The notes: generated from the sequence alone by a model not told the origin. A stretch of 30,560 nucleotides of DNA from Promethearchaeota archaeon (GCA_019058015.1 JAHLWH010000088.1:1-30560), one strand, 5' to 3'; shown: positions 17,754-27,918, counted from the first letter of the stretch. Program-made: numbers and translations.

Positions 17754-18983
17754 TTGGAAAAAGTAGCAATAATTGGTATAGGAATTACTCCTTTTAAAGC
17801 ACGTTATTTAGATAAAACATATTTTGAGTTGGCTTACGATGCAACTAAATTAGCTCTTGAAGATGCAAATAAACAAGGCGCTGAAATTACCCATAAAGAT
17901 TTAGAATCCACCGTATATGGAATTTATAATGAGTTATTTGAGCGTCAATTCATGCCAGACATATTTATTAATAGTTATATAGGAATGAATAATAAACCAG
18001 GAACGCGAATTGCTACAGGTGGCGCAACTGGAGGATATACAGTAAGAATGGCTTACGCTGAAGTTGCTTCCGGATTGTCAGATTTGTGTTTATGCTTAGG
18101 CGTGGAAAAGTGCAATGACTGTTATGATGTGCAAACAGGAACAACCACCCCCGAAGTTCTAAATGCGATTGCTTATTCAGCAGATATGACTTATGAGTAC
18201 CCAATGGGAATGATGGCGGCGTCATCATATGTTTCTATGGTTAATGCCCATTTCGAAGAGTTTGGTAGTCCAACGGAAGAGCAGATGGCACTTGTCAGTG
18301 TAAAAAATCATGGGAACGCAATAAGTAATCCAAAAGCTCAATCACCAATGAAAATAACCGTAGAAGATGTAATGAATTCGAGAATTATTTGTTATCCGTT
18401 TAAAATGTTAGATTGCTGTTTATATTCAGAGGCATCCGCGGCATTAATTTTAGCCAACGAAGAAAAAGTTAAAGAATTGAAGGTTGAAAACCCAATTTGG
18501 ATTTCAGGAGTAGGTGCTGCAAATACAGATTGTTTTATTGGGAATAGAGAAGATATGGGACGTCTATATTCCAATATTTATGCAGCAAAAGTAGCATATA
18601 AAATGGCTGGACTAGATTATGATAAAATCAAGGAACAGATAGATGTTGCAGAATTACATGACGCATTTTCTGGACAGGAAGTCATCTCATATGAAGAGCT
18701 AGGATTTGTTCCTTTCGGCGAAGGTGGTAAATGGATTGAAGAAGGAGGTCCTATGATAGATGGAGAATTACCTTGTTGTCCCTGTGGGGGATTGATTGGA
18801 TGTGGTCATGCTGTTGGGGCAACTGGAATAATGTCAACTGGCGAAGCGGCGCTTCAATTAAGAGGTGATGCTGGAAAACATCAAGTAATAATTGAAAAGG
18901 GAAGGGGTTTAGCGCATTCAATCGGAGGTCCTGGTGCAGCATATGCAGCTATAATAATAATGGAAAATGAGGAGGCGAGGTAA
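17754..18983 (+). CDS. Thiolase-fold protein (SCP-x/Ltp-like) lacking the nucleophilic Cys
   Basis: TRIATGGATGG; VKNHGNA..NP.AQ; P...LDCC; ELHDAF; GHAVGATG. Confidence 0.92.
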   Translation: MEKVAIIGIGITPFKARYLDKTYFELAYDATKLALEDANKQGAEITHKDLESTVYGIYNELFERQFMPDIFINSYIGMNNKPGTRIATGGATGGYTVRMAYAEVASGLSDLCLCLGVEKCNDCYDVQTGTTTPEVLNAIAYSADMTYEYPMGMMAASSYVSMVNAHFEEFGSPTEEQMALVSVKNHGNAISNPKAQSPMKITVEDVMNSRIICYPFKMLDCCLYSEASAALILANEEKVKELKVENPIWISGVGAANTDCFIGNREDMGRLYSNIYAAKVAYKMAGLDYDKIKEQIDVAELHDAFSGQEVISYEELGFVPFGEGGKWIEEGGPMIDGELPCCPCGGLIGCGHAVGATGIMSTGEAALQLRGDAGKHQVIIEKGRGLAHSIGGPGAAYAAIIIMENEEAR

Positions 18984-18985
18984 AA

Positions 18986-19477
18986 ATGGAATTTCAAGCA
19001 CATCAAATAAAAGATATACTTAAAATTGATTATAGGTATACTATGGGAGGACAATCTAAGTTTTTCATAGAGTTGATGAATAATAAAAAACTATTAGGTA
19101 CAAAATGTACTAAATGCGGAAAGATTTGGATGCCTCCAAGAATAAATTGCTCGGAATGCTACGAACCAGCGGAGTGGGTCGAGATGAAACAAACCGGAAC
19201 AATAGATGTTAGCACTATTGTATGGTATACTACATCTGCTTTTATTAAGGCGATTCCCTACGGAATTGGTTTTATTAGATTAGATGGTGCAGATACAGCG
19301 ATGCTTCAAGGAATATTTTCCGAGAGTTTAATTCCATCCAAAGTTAAGAAAGGAAAAAAAGTAAGAGCAGTATTTCAAAAAGAAAGGGAAGGAAAAATGA
19401 CAGATTTTTTCTTTGTGCCAGAAGATGAATATGAATCTTGGATAATAAAATCAGAATATGAGGGGGGTTCAGAATGA
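18986..19477 (+). CDS. DUF35-type Zn-ribbon/OB-fold protein
   Basis: GTKCTKCG..W.PPR..C..C, G.I......W, PY..G.I.LDG; starts 2 nt after the thiolase. Confidence 0.92.
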   Translation: MEFQAHQIKDILKIDYRYTMGGQSKFFIELMNNKKLLGTKCTKCGKIWMPPRINCSECYEPAEWVEMKQTGTIDVSTIVWYTTSAFIKAIPYGIGFIRLDGADTAMLQGIFSESLIPSKVKKGKKVRAVFQKEREGKMTDFFFVPEDEYESWIIKSEYEGGSE

Positions 19478-19839
19478 ACGAAGCTAGAATAGAATTTGAA
19501 AAAATAATTGATTTAATAAATAAAACACCAAAATCAAAACAAATTTTCGAATCAGAGGATTGGAGATATACTATTCAATTTAAATTGGATAGAGAAGATG
19601 ATCCATTTTTTCTCGTTGTCAAGGATGGAATTGGAAAAGTTATTGTAGGTGAAGATATTAATGTGGATATGTTAATCACTGGCGATAATAAGAGTATTAT
19701 AAAAACTAGTCAAGGGAAAGGTGATTTCACTCATGGAATTAGTCGTGAAGAGATTATTGTTGAAAAAGGAAAAGTATTTGAACTTATGCGAGTTAGTCGA
19801 GCAATTGCTGCTGCATTAAAAGAATCGAAACAAAAATAA
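19474..19839 (+). CDS. SCP2 sterol/lipid-binding domain protein
   Basis: TIQF.L.....F.L.VKDG...V..GE....D..I.G pattern, 121 aa; ATGA overlap with the DUF35 gene. Confidence 0.75.
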   Translation: MNEARIEFEKIIDLINKTPKSKQIFESEDWRYTIQFKLDREDDPFFLVVKDGIGKVIVGEDINVDMLITGDNKSIIKTSQGKGDFTHGISREEIIVEKGKVFELMRVSRAIAAALKESKQK

Positions 19840-19880
19840 AAACAATTTTAAAAGAAATAAGGGATAAAAGATGGAATAAA

Positions 19881-20720
19881 CTATTCAGAATTATCCGCTC
19901 TCATTTGTTTTAATTCTTTTGAAAGTTTTTTAAAACCTTTTATAAGTTTCATGACCGAAAAGCCCCTGAAAGACTCACCGTTTTTTTTACATGTTGGCAA
20001 AGCATACGGAATAACAGTGCCACAACTTTTTTCAATATCCGTCATTACGTACTTCTTAACTAACTCCATTTCACGCTCATGGGTTTTCTTGTCTTTCCAA
20101 GCTTCAATTACTTGTGCTTTGTATAAATTTGTATTTATCATGCCAGGGAAAAATGAATTTATCTTAATATCGTTTTCATTCTTTTTAAATTCCTCCGCTA
20201 GGCATTTGGAAAAAGCAAGGACACCTCCCTTAGACGCCGAGTAAATAGTCATGTGTTCTACTGGTCTGTTGGCACCTCCACCCGCTAGTGTGATTACCCG
20301 TCCATATGTTTGCTTGATCATGTATGGTAATGCCGCTGCAACTGAATTAATGACTCCTATTAAATTAATTCCGATCATAGTTTTTGCATCAGAGTTTACT
20401 TTATCTAAAGAGAGATATTGAAATGGACCGTATGTTAAGTTCACACCAGCATTCGCTACTAAAATGCGCACCGAGCCAAAAGATTCAATAGTTTTGTCTA
20501 CGAGTGATTTAACTGCTATAGGATCTGAAACATCACACGGGGCTCCGATTACCGAGTCTCCAAATTTTTCTTTAAATTCTGCAAGGGTTTGATTAACTTT
20601 AGGCTCTGTTCGAGAGCAAATTGCAACTTTACATCCTTCCATAAGAAAAAGTTCAACAATTTTTTTCCCGATTCCGCTTGTGGAACCAGTTACAATTGCA
20701 GTTTCGTTTTCCATTTTCAC
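19881..20720 (-). CDS. Short-chain dehydrogenase/reductase
   Basis: TGSTSGIG, CDVS, NAG, YSASK, PG.I.T. Confidence 0.93.
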   Translation of the reverse strand: MKMENETAIVTGSTSGIGKKIVELFLMEGCKVAICSRTEPKVNQTLAEFKEKFGDSVIGAPCDVSDPIAVKSLVDKTIESFGSVRILVANAGVNLTYGPFQYLSLDKVNSDAKTMIGINLIGVINSVAAALPYMIKQTYGRVITLAGGGANRPVEHMTIYSASKGGVLAFSKCLAEEFKKNENDIKINSFFPGMINTNLYKAQVIEAWKDKKTHEREMELVKKYVMTDIEKSCGTVIPYALPTCKKNGESFRGFSVMKLIKGFKKLSKELKQMRADNSE

Positions 20721-20911
20721 TTAACTTTCACCATATTTTTTTCCTAAATTTAATTTTAAACAATAATAAATAATCTTTTATTTTAAAATTGTAAATGTTT
20801 TAAGGATTTTATTAATTTAATAAATCGTTAAATTCAAAAAAAAAACTAGCGATTCTGATTTCTTTAAAATATAATTTAAAATGAATAAGATTATAAAAAA
20901 AGGAGATAAAA

Positions 20912-22201
20912 ATGAGTCTACAAGAATGTTTGGCAAGTCGTAAAGATTGTTCGGGTGAAGGTCGATCCTTACTGCTGAAGGAAGTTTTGGATATTTGTAA
21001 TTCCACACATCAAGCGGCACCTTCAAAGTCTCTATTTATTGTGCTGCCTGATGGGGATGATTATACGGGTGGCATATATAAGTATAATAAAAAGGAGTTT
21101 AATTTAATAACAGATAAAGAAAAAACAAAATATAGCATAGAACTCTATCCAGAACTGCTTTTTAAAGATAAAATAGAGTTAAAGGAATTGATTCGAGTAG
21201 GACTTATTTGGCAATATCTCTCATTAAAAGTGGGAAGTATGGGGCTTGGAGTCTCACAACGTGCAATAGCTCCTAAAAAAATTAATAAGCTCCTTAACAA
21301 AGTCACAAATCAAAATTATGTTTTTTTGTATTCGGTGGCAGTCCGAGAACGCGATCGTCAAACTTTAATTGAAGATTCATCAGAACCTCTTCAGAAAGAA
21401 CTAGTGGAAGGAATCCTTCTCCTCGATACTCCAGAATGCTATAAAAATCGCGCAATTTATGAAAATCGTTATCAAGGTGTTCCGTTAGATGCTGCAATTT
21501 TCAATCAAATTGAAAAGAAAATTCCAGATATGACATCATTGTATGAACTTTCCCAACTACTCTGGGCATGCCAAGGAGAAACAGATCATACAACTCACGG
21601 TAACCGGGATGTTTTAGAAAAGAATGGTTATGGTCGTGTCCATGCATCAGGTTGTGCGGGATATGCCGTTTACCCGATTGTTATTGTAGATGACCTCGCC
21701 AGTTTGCCAAAAGGGGCCTATCTGTACAACTCTCTTGGGTTTTCCGCATTAAATAGATGGGTTCGTGTAAATGAAAGGTTAAATTATGATCATTTATTAC
21801 AAAAATTTACCTCTAATAAAGCCAAAGCAGATATTGAAAAGGAATTTGGGATTAAATTTTCAAACTATACAATTTTATTATGTATTGATAGAAAAAAACC
21901 GTGTTCAGGGTTTGCGCATAGCAAAATTGGAAAAGTATTTATGAACACCAAATACTGGGGGGAAGTTGAGGCAGGAATGGCACTGGCAGGATTACAACTC
22001 CAAGCCAATGCTTTAGGTTTCCATTGGCAAAAAAAAATATTATCAAATCCAGACGATCCCAAATACAGAAAGTTATTTAACCTTGATTCTGCTGAACAAT
22101 CAATTAATAAAATGGCATCAAATTTAGTGAATCTGCCAAAAAATGAGAAATTATCGCTTAAAGGTCATTTAGTACCAACAGTAATATTTTTCCTTCAATA
22201 G
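20912..22201 (+). CDS. Tandem-domain nitroreductase-fold (SagB/ThcOx-like) protein
   Basis: SL..CL..R at the N-terminus; second domain with ELSQLLWACQG, R..AS....YP and EAG.....L.L.A.ALG. Confidence 0.65.
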   Translation: MSLQECLASRKDCSGEGRSLLLKEVLDICNSTHQAAPSKSLFIVLPDGDDYTGGIYKYNKKEFNLITDKEKTKYSIELYPELLFKDKIELKELIRVGLIWQYLSLKVGSMGLGVSQRAIAPKKINKLLNKVTNQNYVFLYSVAVRERDRQTLIEDSSEPLQKELVEGILLLDTPECYKNRAIYENRYQGVPLDAAIFNQIEKKIPDMTSLYELSQLLWACQGETDHTTHGNRDVLEKNGYGRVHASGCAGYAVYPIVIVDDLASLPKGAYLYNSLGFSALNRWVRVNERLNYDHLLQKFTSNKAKADIEKEFGIKFSNYTILLCIDRKKPCSGFAHSKIGKVFMNTKYWGEVEAGMALAGLQLQANALGFHWQKKILSNPDDPKYRKLFNLDSAEQSINKMASNLVNLPKNEKLSLKGHLVPTVIFFLQ

Positions 22202-22271
22202 AGATCTTGGTATATGAAAGATTTTACATATATCAAAATTATGATATAATAAAATAAAAAATATTATTTTA

Positions 22272-22361
22272 TTATTTATGAAGCTTACCCTTAGTATTTT
22301 CGTAAAAATCATGTGATTCTGGATTTCTCAGAGCCCCTCGATTTGCAACTACCGTTCAATG
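22272..22361 (-). pseudogene. Relic 3' end of an acetoacetate-CoA ligase paralog
   Basis: Translates H*TVVANRGALRNPESHDFYENTKGKLHK*, versus HGMAIANRGALRNPESLDFYEKVKNKLK* at 24508-24594. Confidence 0.88.
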
Positions 22362-22447
22362 AGTGATTTAAGTATCAATAATATTTGCTTTTTTATTTGA
22401 AACTTAGTAGAGAATATTTATATAAATCTTTAAATTAAGAATAGACT

Positions 22448-23281
22448 ATGAACTTTGAAAATTTAATTTATGAAGAAAAGGATCAAGTGGCTTGGGTTAT
22501 ACTTAATCGACCTGAAGTCTTAAATGCATTAAGCATGAAACTTTCTGATGAGTTAGTTGCTGCTATAGAAATTGTAAGGCAATCTACAAAACTTAAATTT
22601 TTAGTTATTAAAGGAGCAGGTAACAATTTCAGTGTTGGAGATGACATTAAGGAAATGATTAAATGGGGCGATGCTAATGATATAACACGAAGAGCGAGAT
22701 ATTATCAAAATATGGCTAATCAGCTTGAAGAGTTGGATAAAATCACAATTGCCGCTGTAGATGGATATGCTGTAGGTGGTGGCTTAGAAATTACTATGGT
22801 ATGTGATTTTGTAATTGCCACTGAGCGCTCAAAATGGGGTATGCCAGAGGTGGATGTCGGAATAACTCCCGGATGGGGTGGGACCACAAGATTAGCTCGA
22901 CTTATAGGTCGAAGGAGAGCTAAAGAAATTAATCTTATTGGTGCACTTCATTCCGGAAAAAAGGCGGTGGATTGGAATTTGTGGAACCGGGTTGTACCAA
23001 ACGATCATCTTGATGATGAGGTGGAACGGTTATTGGAGGTACTTAAATCTAAAAATCAGCAAGGATTACGTCAATTAAAATTTATAATTAATCGCGGAGT
23101 AGAATGTGATTTGTATACTGCTCAGGGTTTTGAAGTTTTATCTGCTGGTTTAACTGGCGCTGTTAGTGGGATGTGGAAAATAAAAGATGCTGATCAGGGT
23201 AAGGGTATAATCGGCTTCACTGATAAGGCTGGTCTATGGCAAACAAGAAGACGAATGGCAAAAGACTTTTGGGTTGATTAA
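22448..23281 (+). CDS. Enoyl-CoA hydratase (crotonase family)
   Basis: LNRP..LNAL, FS.G.DI, AAVDGYAVGGGLE, MPE..VG..PG.GGT.RL; both catalytic Glu present. Confidence 0.93.
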   Translation: MNFENLIYEEKDQVAWVILNRPEVLNALSMKLSDELVAAIEIVRQSTKLKFLVIKGAGNNFSVGDDIKEMIKWGDANDITRRARYYQNMANQLEELDKITIAAVDGYAVGGGLEITMVCDFVIATERSKWGMPEVDVGITPGWGGTTRLARLIGRRRAKEINLIGALHSGKKAVDWNLWNRVVPNDHLDDEVERLLEVLKSKNQQGLRQLKFIINRGVECDLYTAQGFEVLSAGLTGAVSGMWKIKDADQGKGIIGFTDKAGLWQTRRRMAKDFWVD

Positions 23282-23399
23282 AAGATTTTAATCATAGATT
23301 ATTTCCCTAAATACTATTATTTTTTTTATAATTTTAATTTAGATAGAGATATGATTTTTAAAAAATTAATAAAAGAAAATATTTTATTTGATGATGTGA

Positions 23400-24242
23400 C
23401 TAAACTTTTAAAATTCGGTTTTCTTTTAGCCAATCTATTCCAAAGTCTACTATAGCTCGTAATGATATTAATCGAGCTTCTGCCAAACCAATTTTACCAG
23501 GTCTATAATTAATTTTAGACTCAAAATCCTTTCCAAGTTGCTTAAAATCATCACTATTATGATCCAAACCTTCCCATTCTACCCATTGTCTCTGATTATT
23601 CACAGTCATTGCACATCCATTCGAAATAAATTTTTTTCCAGGGAAATCACTTCGATATTCTGCAAGATGCAATGAAGAGTTATTCTCATGGGTAACACCC
23701 ACTAATAATATTTGTCCATCAAGATCATAAAGACGGGAAATAGGAGAATCTTCCCCCAAATCTGCTGTTAATTTATGATTTTCAGTAATAAATTTTGCAT
23801 ATTTACCCCACGCAGCGAATGATGATATGGGATGATTACTCCGTAAGACATTAGACCAATTTCTAAAAGTCTCTGCAATAACTCCCATTACTCTTGTAGG
23901 TGTTATTTTCGGCTTGAAGGCGGGCATCTCTTTTCTAATTGTATTCCACCAACTTTTAGGTACAGGAGGATTTTCCCATCGAGACGGGTCTGAGTTATCG
24001 CTAGTAAATGTTGGCATTATTAATGTACTCTCTGAGGTTAGAACTTGCATTAGAGCTTTAATTACTGATACTGGTCCTCCAACAGTCCAACCTATATTAC
24101 TTAGTGAACTATGCAGTATTATTATAGATCCCTGCTCAACACCGAGTGTTTTAAAATCACGTTTTAATGAAGTTATAGTGTTAGGATATTTTGTTATTTT
24201 AACAACATCGCCTTCAGAGATCTTTTTCATTTCAATTTCCAT
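23400..24242 (-). CDS. AAC(3)/YokD-family N-acetyltransferase
   Basis: HSSLS.IG.V.GG, MPTF, MG..AE.FR, RS.HP..SF.A.G, LG..SP, N.S.HLAE. Confidence 0.92.
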   Translation of the reverse strand: MEIEMKKISEGDVVKITKYPNTITSLKRDFKTLGVEQGSIIILHSSLSNIGWTVGGPVSVIKALMQVLTSESTLIMPTFTSDNSDPSRWENPPVPKSWWNTIRKEMPAFKPKITPTRVMGVIAETFRNWSNVLRSNHPISSFAAWGKYAKFITENHKLTADLGEDSPISRLYDLDGQILLVGVTHENNSSLHLAEYRSDFPGKKFISNGCAMTVNNQRQWVEWEGLDHNSDDFKQLGKDFESKINYRPGKIGLAEARLISLRAIVDFGIDWLKENRILKV

Positions 24243-24507
24243 AAGATATTAAATAACTAATTTAGTTAATTATTTTTTCCTTACAGCAATTATTATATAG
24301 AATACTATTAACCTTAGATCAATAGATAAATAGATTTTTCTATTAGAATTATTGTTAGAAGTAACTTTAAAGACAAATTACACTCACACGATAAAAACCA
24401 CCGACTAATAAAGTTTAAGAAGTTATCAGCAGATCAATTGTTTATAGACTTAAATCTATTAGAATTTAAAAAAAAATAAGAAGTAAAAAATATTGAGAAA
24501 TACTTCT

Positions 24508-26511
24508 TTATTTAAGCTTATTTTTTACTTTTTCGTAGAAATCTAAAGATTCTGGATTTCTAAGTGCCCCTCTATTTGCAATTGCCATTCCATGTAAGAT
24601 CTTTGTCACAGCAATCTCGACCTTTTTATTACTAAATGTATATGGTATATCTGGTGTTTCCATTATCAGTGCAGGCACATGTCTAGGGGAAGTCCTTTCT
24701 CTCAATGTTTTTTTAATTTTATCCTTAATCCCGTCAGTTAATTTATAATTCTCTGCCATTTGAACGAAAAGTACTATGTATTTAAATGTTCCATCTTTAA
24801 GATCTTTAAGACCAATAGCTAGACTATCTGCAATTTCAGGGAGTTGTTCAATAACATTATAAATTTCTGCAGTTCCAATACGAACACCTGATGGTTTTAA
24901 AACTGCGTCAGAACGACCCCAGAAGGTGATACCACCAGTATCGCTATGAATTACTATGTAATCACCATGTCTCCATACATTTTTCCCAGTATCTTTAAAG
25001 TGGTCAAAGTAAGCTGCTTTATATTTTGTCATATTATCATCATCATCATCCCAGAAATATATAGGCATTGAGGGTGCAGGTGCTTCACATACGAGTTCAG
25101 CCTGCTCATCAAGAACTGGTTCTGCATTATCGTTATAAGATTTAACTTTCATTGCTAGTGCAGGCCCTTGTAATTCACCGGAATAGACAGGAAGAATTGG
25201 GATAGCACCAGCAAAGCAGCCATTAATATCCGTTCCACCACTTATTGAATTAAAATATAGATCTTTCTTGATCTCATTATAGACATATTCAAATCCTTCT
25301 GGCGAAAGAGTGGAAGCAGTTTGAGATATAACTCTTAAGGCACTCAAATCATACTTTTCAGTTGGTTTAGCGTTAATACCCATTAGATAATGAAGATAGG
25401 ATGCACTTGTCCCAAAAATTGAAATTTTATGCTTTTCCATAAGTTCAAACATTCTAAGGGGATCTGGATATAGGGGATTACCATCATAAAGGAAGATTGT
25501 TGCACCTACCGCTAATGAACTTATCAACCAATTCCACATCATCCATGAGGGCGCAGTAATATAGATAATTACATCACTTCGTTTTAGATCTGTTGAGAGA
25601 ATAAGTTCATTTAAATGTTTAACAAGAACTCCACCTGCTCCTTGTACCATACATTTCGGCTTACCAGTTGTTCCCGAGGAAAACATAACATAAACTGGAT
25701 GGTCGAAAGGTAATTGTTCGAATTGGATTTCTGGATTTTCTTCTTTAGAGATAAAATCGTCCCAATGGACCCCATTAGGAATACTAATAATATCAGGTTT
25801 ATTATCAGAGATATATGAAACAATGATAACCTTTTCTATTGATGGAATAGCCTTAACTACTTCTTTAATATTAGGAATTATGTTAAAAACCTTATCTCTA
25901 TAATAGTACCCATCAACTGTGAATAGTACCTTGGGTTCAATTTGACCAAATCGATCAATTACAGCACTAGGTTGTAATTCAGCACCACAAGAAGCCCAAA
26001 TTGCACCAATGCTAGTAGCCGCGAGCATTGCGATGGGAGTTTCTATTAAGTTTGGTATATATGATACGACTCTATCTCCAATTTTAACCCCATTTTCACG
26101 GAGTGATTTCGCTAAACGAGCTACAACCTTATTTAATTCAGCATATGTCATTTTTTTAGTTACTTTTGTTTCACCTTGAAAGACAAACGCTAATTGATTA
26201 TCTTTAAATTTCAACATGTTTTCGGCAAAATTTAATTTTGCTCCGGGAAACCATTTTGTACCAGGATATACGCTTAAATCCTCAACTACCTTTTCATATG
26301 GTTGGGACGCTATTATTCCACTAAATTTCCACATCGCATCCCAGAAATCTTCTATTTTTTCGATACTCCAATCATATAGCTTTTTCCCGGTAGAGATGTT
26401 TTGATTATATTTTTTATTAATAAATTCGATAAATCGAGTAGCTTCGGCGTTTTTTATCCAATTCTCTGAGGGTTCCCATAATTTCTTTCGTACTGCTGTT
26501 ATTATTAACAC
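24508..26511 (-). CDS. Acetoacetate-CoA ligase (start codon uncertain)
   Basis: LW.PS, WFPGA.LNFAEN, FSSGTTG.PKC, WMMWNW, SISGGTD..GCF, W.HGD, GRSD..L.P.GVRIGT.EIY, KK.E, NPE.L. Confidence 0.93.
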   Translation of the reverse strand: MLIITAVRKKLWEPSENWIKNAEATRFIEFINKKYNQNISTGKKLYDWSIEKIEDFWDAMWKFSGIIASQPYEKVVEDLSVYPGTKWFPGAKLNFAENMLKFKDNQLAFVFQGETKVTKKMTYAELNKVVARLAKSLRENGVKIGDRVVSYIPNLIETPIAMLAATSIGAIWASCGAELQPSAVIDRFGQIEPKVLFTVDGYYYRDKVFNIIPNIKEVVKAIPSIEKVIIVSYISDNKPDIISIPNGVHWDDFISKEENPEIQFEQLPFDHPVYVMFSSGTTGKPKCMVQGAGGVLVKHLNELILSTDLKRSDVIIYITAPSWMMWNWLISSLAVGATIFLYDGNPLYPDPLRMFELMEKHKISIFGTSASYLHYLMGINAKPTEKYDLSALRVISQTASTLSPEGFEYVYNEIKKDLYFNSISGGTDINGCFAGAIPILPVYSGELQGPALAMKVKSYNDNAEPVLDEQAELVCEAPAPSMPIYFWDDDDDNMTKYKAAYFDHFKDTGKNVWRHGDYIVIHSDTGGITFWGRSDAVLKPSGVRIGTAEIYNVIEQLPEIADSLAIGLKDLKDGTFKYIVLFVQMAENYKLTDGIKDKIKKTLRERTSPRHVPALIMETPDIPYTFSNKKVEIAVTKILHGMAIANRGALRNPESLDFYEKVKNKLK

Positions 26512-26910
26512 CTCAAATTTTTTTATTTTAACATTTTGATAATTTCTAACTGATAATTAATTGAATAATTCTATTTACGATTCTTTTTTATTTAATTTTT
26601 CTTAAAAAGCTTCAAAATCAATAATTAAAGTTGATTAAAATATTCAATTATATTTAGGGATCTATGTTTTTTATATAGATAGTAGTAATTTTTCCAAATT
26701 TTATTATAAATTATCATATTTTCTTTGTAATTCTTCAACTATCGTTTAAATTTTTAATAAAATTTGAAAACTTTTGAATTAGGTTTTCCCATTTTCATCA
26801 AAAGGATATTTTTTTGTGAAATTTTTGGATAAGAATAAATCTAATCATTAATTACCTATTTTGAAAAAATTTAATAACTTTTTATTAATGAAATGAGGTT
26901 AAATTGCAAT

Positions 26911-27918
26911 ATGGAAATGAAAATTTTAAAAGAAGGAAGTGGAGAAATATTTTGCAAAAATACACCTTCTGAAGTTCGGGAATGGACAAGGAAAAATAAG
27001 ACAAGAGCTTTAATAGATAAAAGAATGCCCATTAAAGAAGCAATAAAAAAGTTCGTTCATAACGGAGATTATTTAGCTATTGGAGGATTTGGACATATTA
27101 GAATTCCGATGGTATCAATATATGAAATTGTAAGACAGCACATTAAGGATTTATCTGTGGCGGGACACACAGCAGTTCAAGATATTGATATGTTAATGGC
27201 TGGAGGTTGCGTTAAAAATGTAGATATTGCTTATGTTGTGGGATTTGAGCTCCGGGGACTTTCAGGAGTTCAGAGAAGGTTATTTGAAAGTGGAGAAGTT
27301 AAAAAAACCGAATACACAAATGGAGCAATGGCATATCGACTTCGCGCAGGCGCTCAAGGAATCCCTTTTATTCCTGTAAAGGTAATGCTCGGAACAGATA
27401 CAATGTTACATTCGCCTGGAAAGGTTGTGAGATGTCCGTTTACTGGTGAAAAAGTATTATTATTACCTTCATTAAATCCTGATGTATTAATAATGCATGC
27501 TCATCGAGCAGATATATATGGAAATGTACAAATTGATGGACATATAGTAAAGGATGATTTACAAGCAAGGGCTTCAAAACGTGTGATAGTAACAGTTGAA
27601 GAAATAATTAGTGATGACTCAATTAGAGCGGACCCAGGTAAGACTATTATCCCGTTTTATATGGTCGATGCTGTAATAGAACAACCATGGGGATCACATC
27701 CTGGAAATATGCCATACAAATACTATTTTGATCATGAATTTACTGAAGAATATTTAGCAGCGGGTAGAGATAAGGATCTGAAAGTTATAGAGAGATGGTT
27801 GGATGATTGGGTTTATTCTTTTGAAGATTTTGATGAATATCTAACAAAATTAGGTTCTAAAAGATTGTACCGATTAAAAGATGACGAATTTTTAAGAGTG
27901 AAAAATGGAGGGAGATAA
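26911..27918 (+). CDS. Family I CoA-transferase subunit A (glutaconate CoA-transferase GctA-like)
   Basis: EAI..FV..GD....GGF, AGA.G.PF.P, GTD, CPFTG, PDV...HA.RAD..GN, P.GSHP. ATG 26911 preferred because a GAGGT RBS lies at 26895-26899; the ORF track starts at 26893. Confidence 0.9.
   Translation: MEMKILKEGSGEIFCKNTPSEVREWTRKNKTRALIDKRMPIKEAIKKFVHNGDYLAIGGFGHIRIPMVSIYEIVRQHIKDLSVAGHTAVQDIDMLMAGGCVKNVDIAYVVGFELRGLSGVQRRLFESGEVKKTEYTNGAMAYRLRAGAQGIPFIPVKVMLGTDTMLHSPGKVVRCPFTGEKVLLLPSLNPDVLIMHAHRADIYGNVQIDGHIVKDDLQARASKRVIVTVEEIISDDSIRADPGKTIIPFYMVDAVIEQPWGSHPGNMPYKYYFDHEFTEEYLAAGRDKDLKVIERWLDDWVYSFEDFDEYLTKLGSKRLYRLKDDEFLRVKNGGR

Noticed and set aside
23400-24242. AAC(3) as an acquired antibiotic-resistance gene
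   Set aside because: YokD-like homologues are widespread chromosomal genes; composition is host-like and there are no mobile-element flanks.
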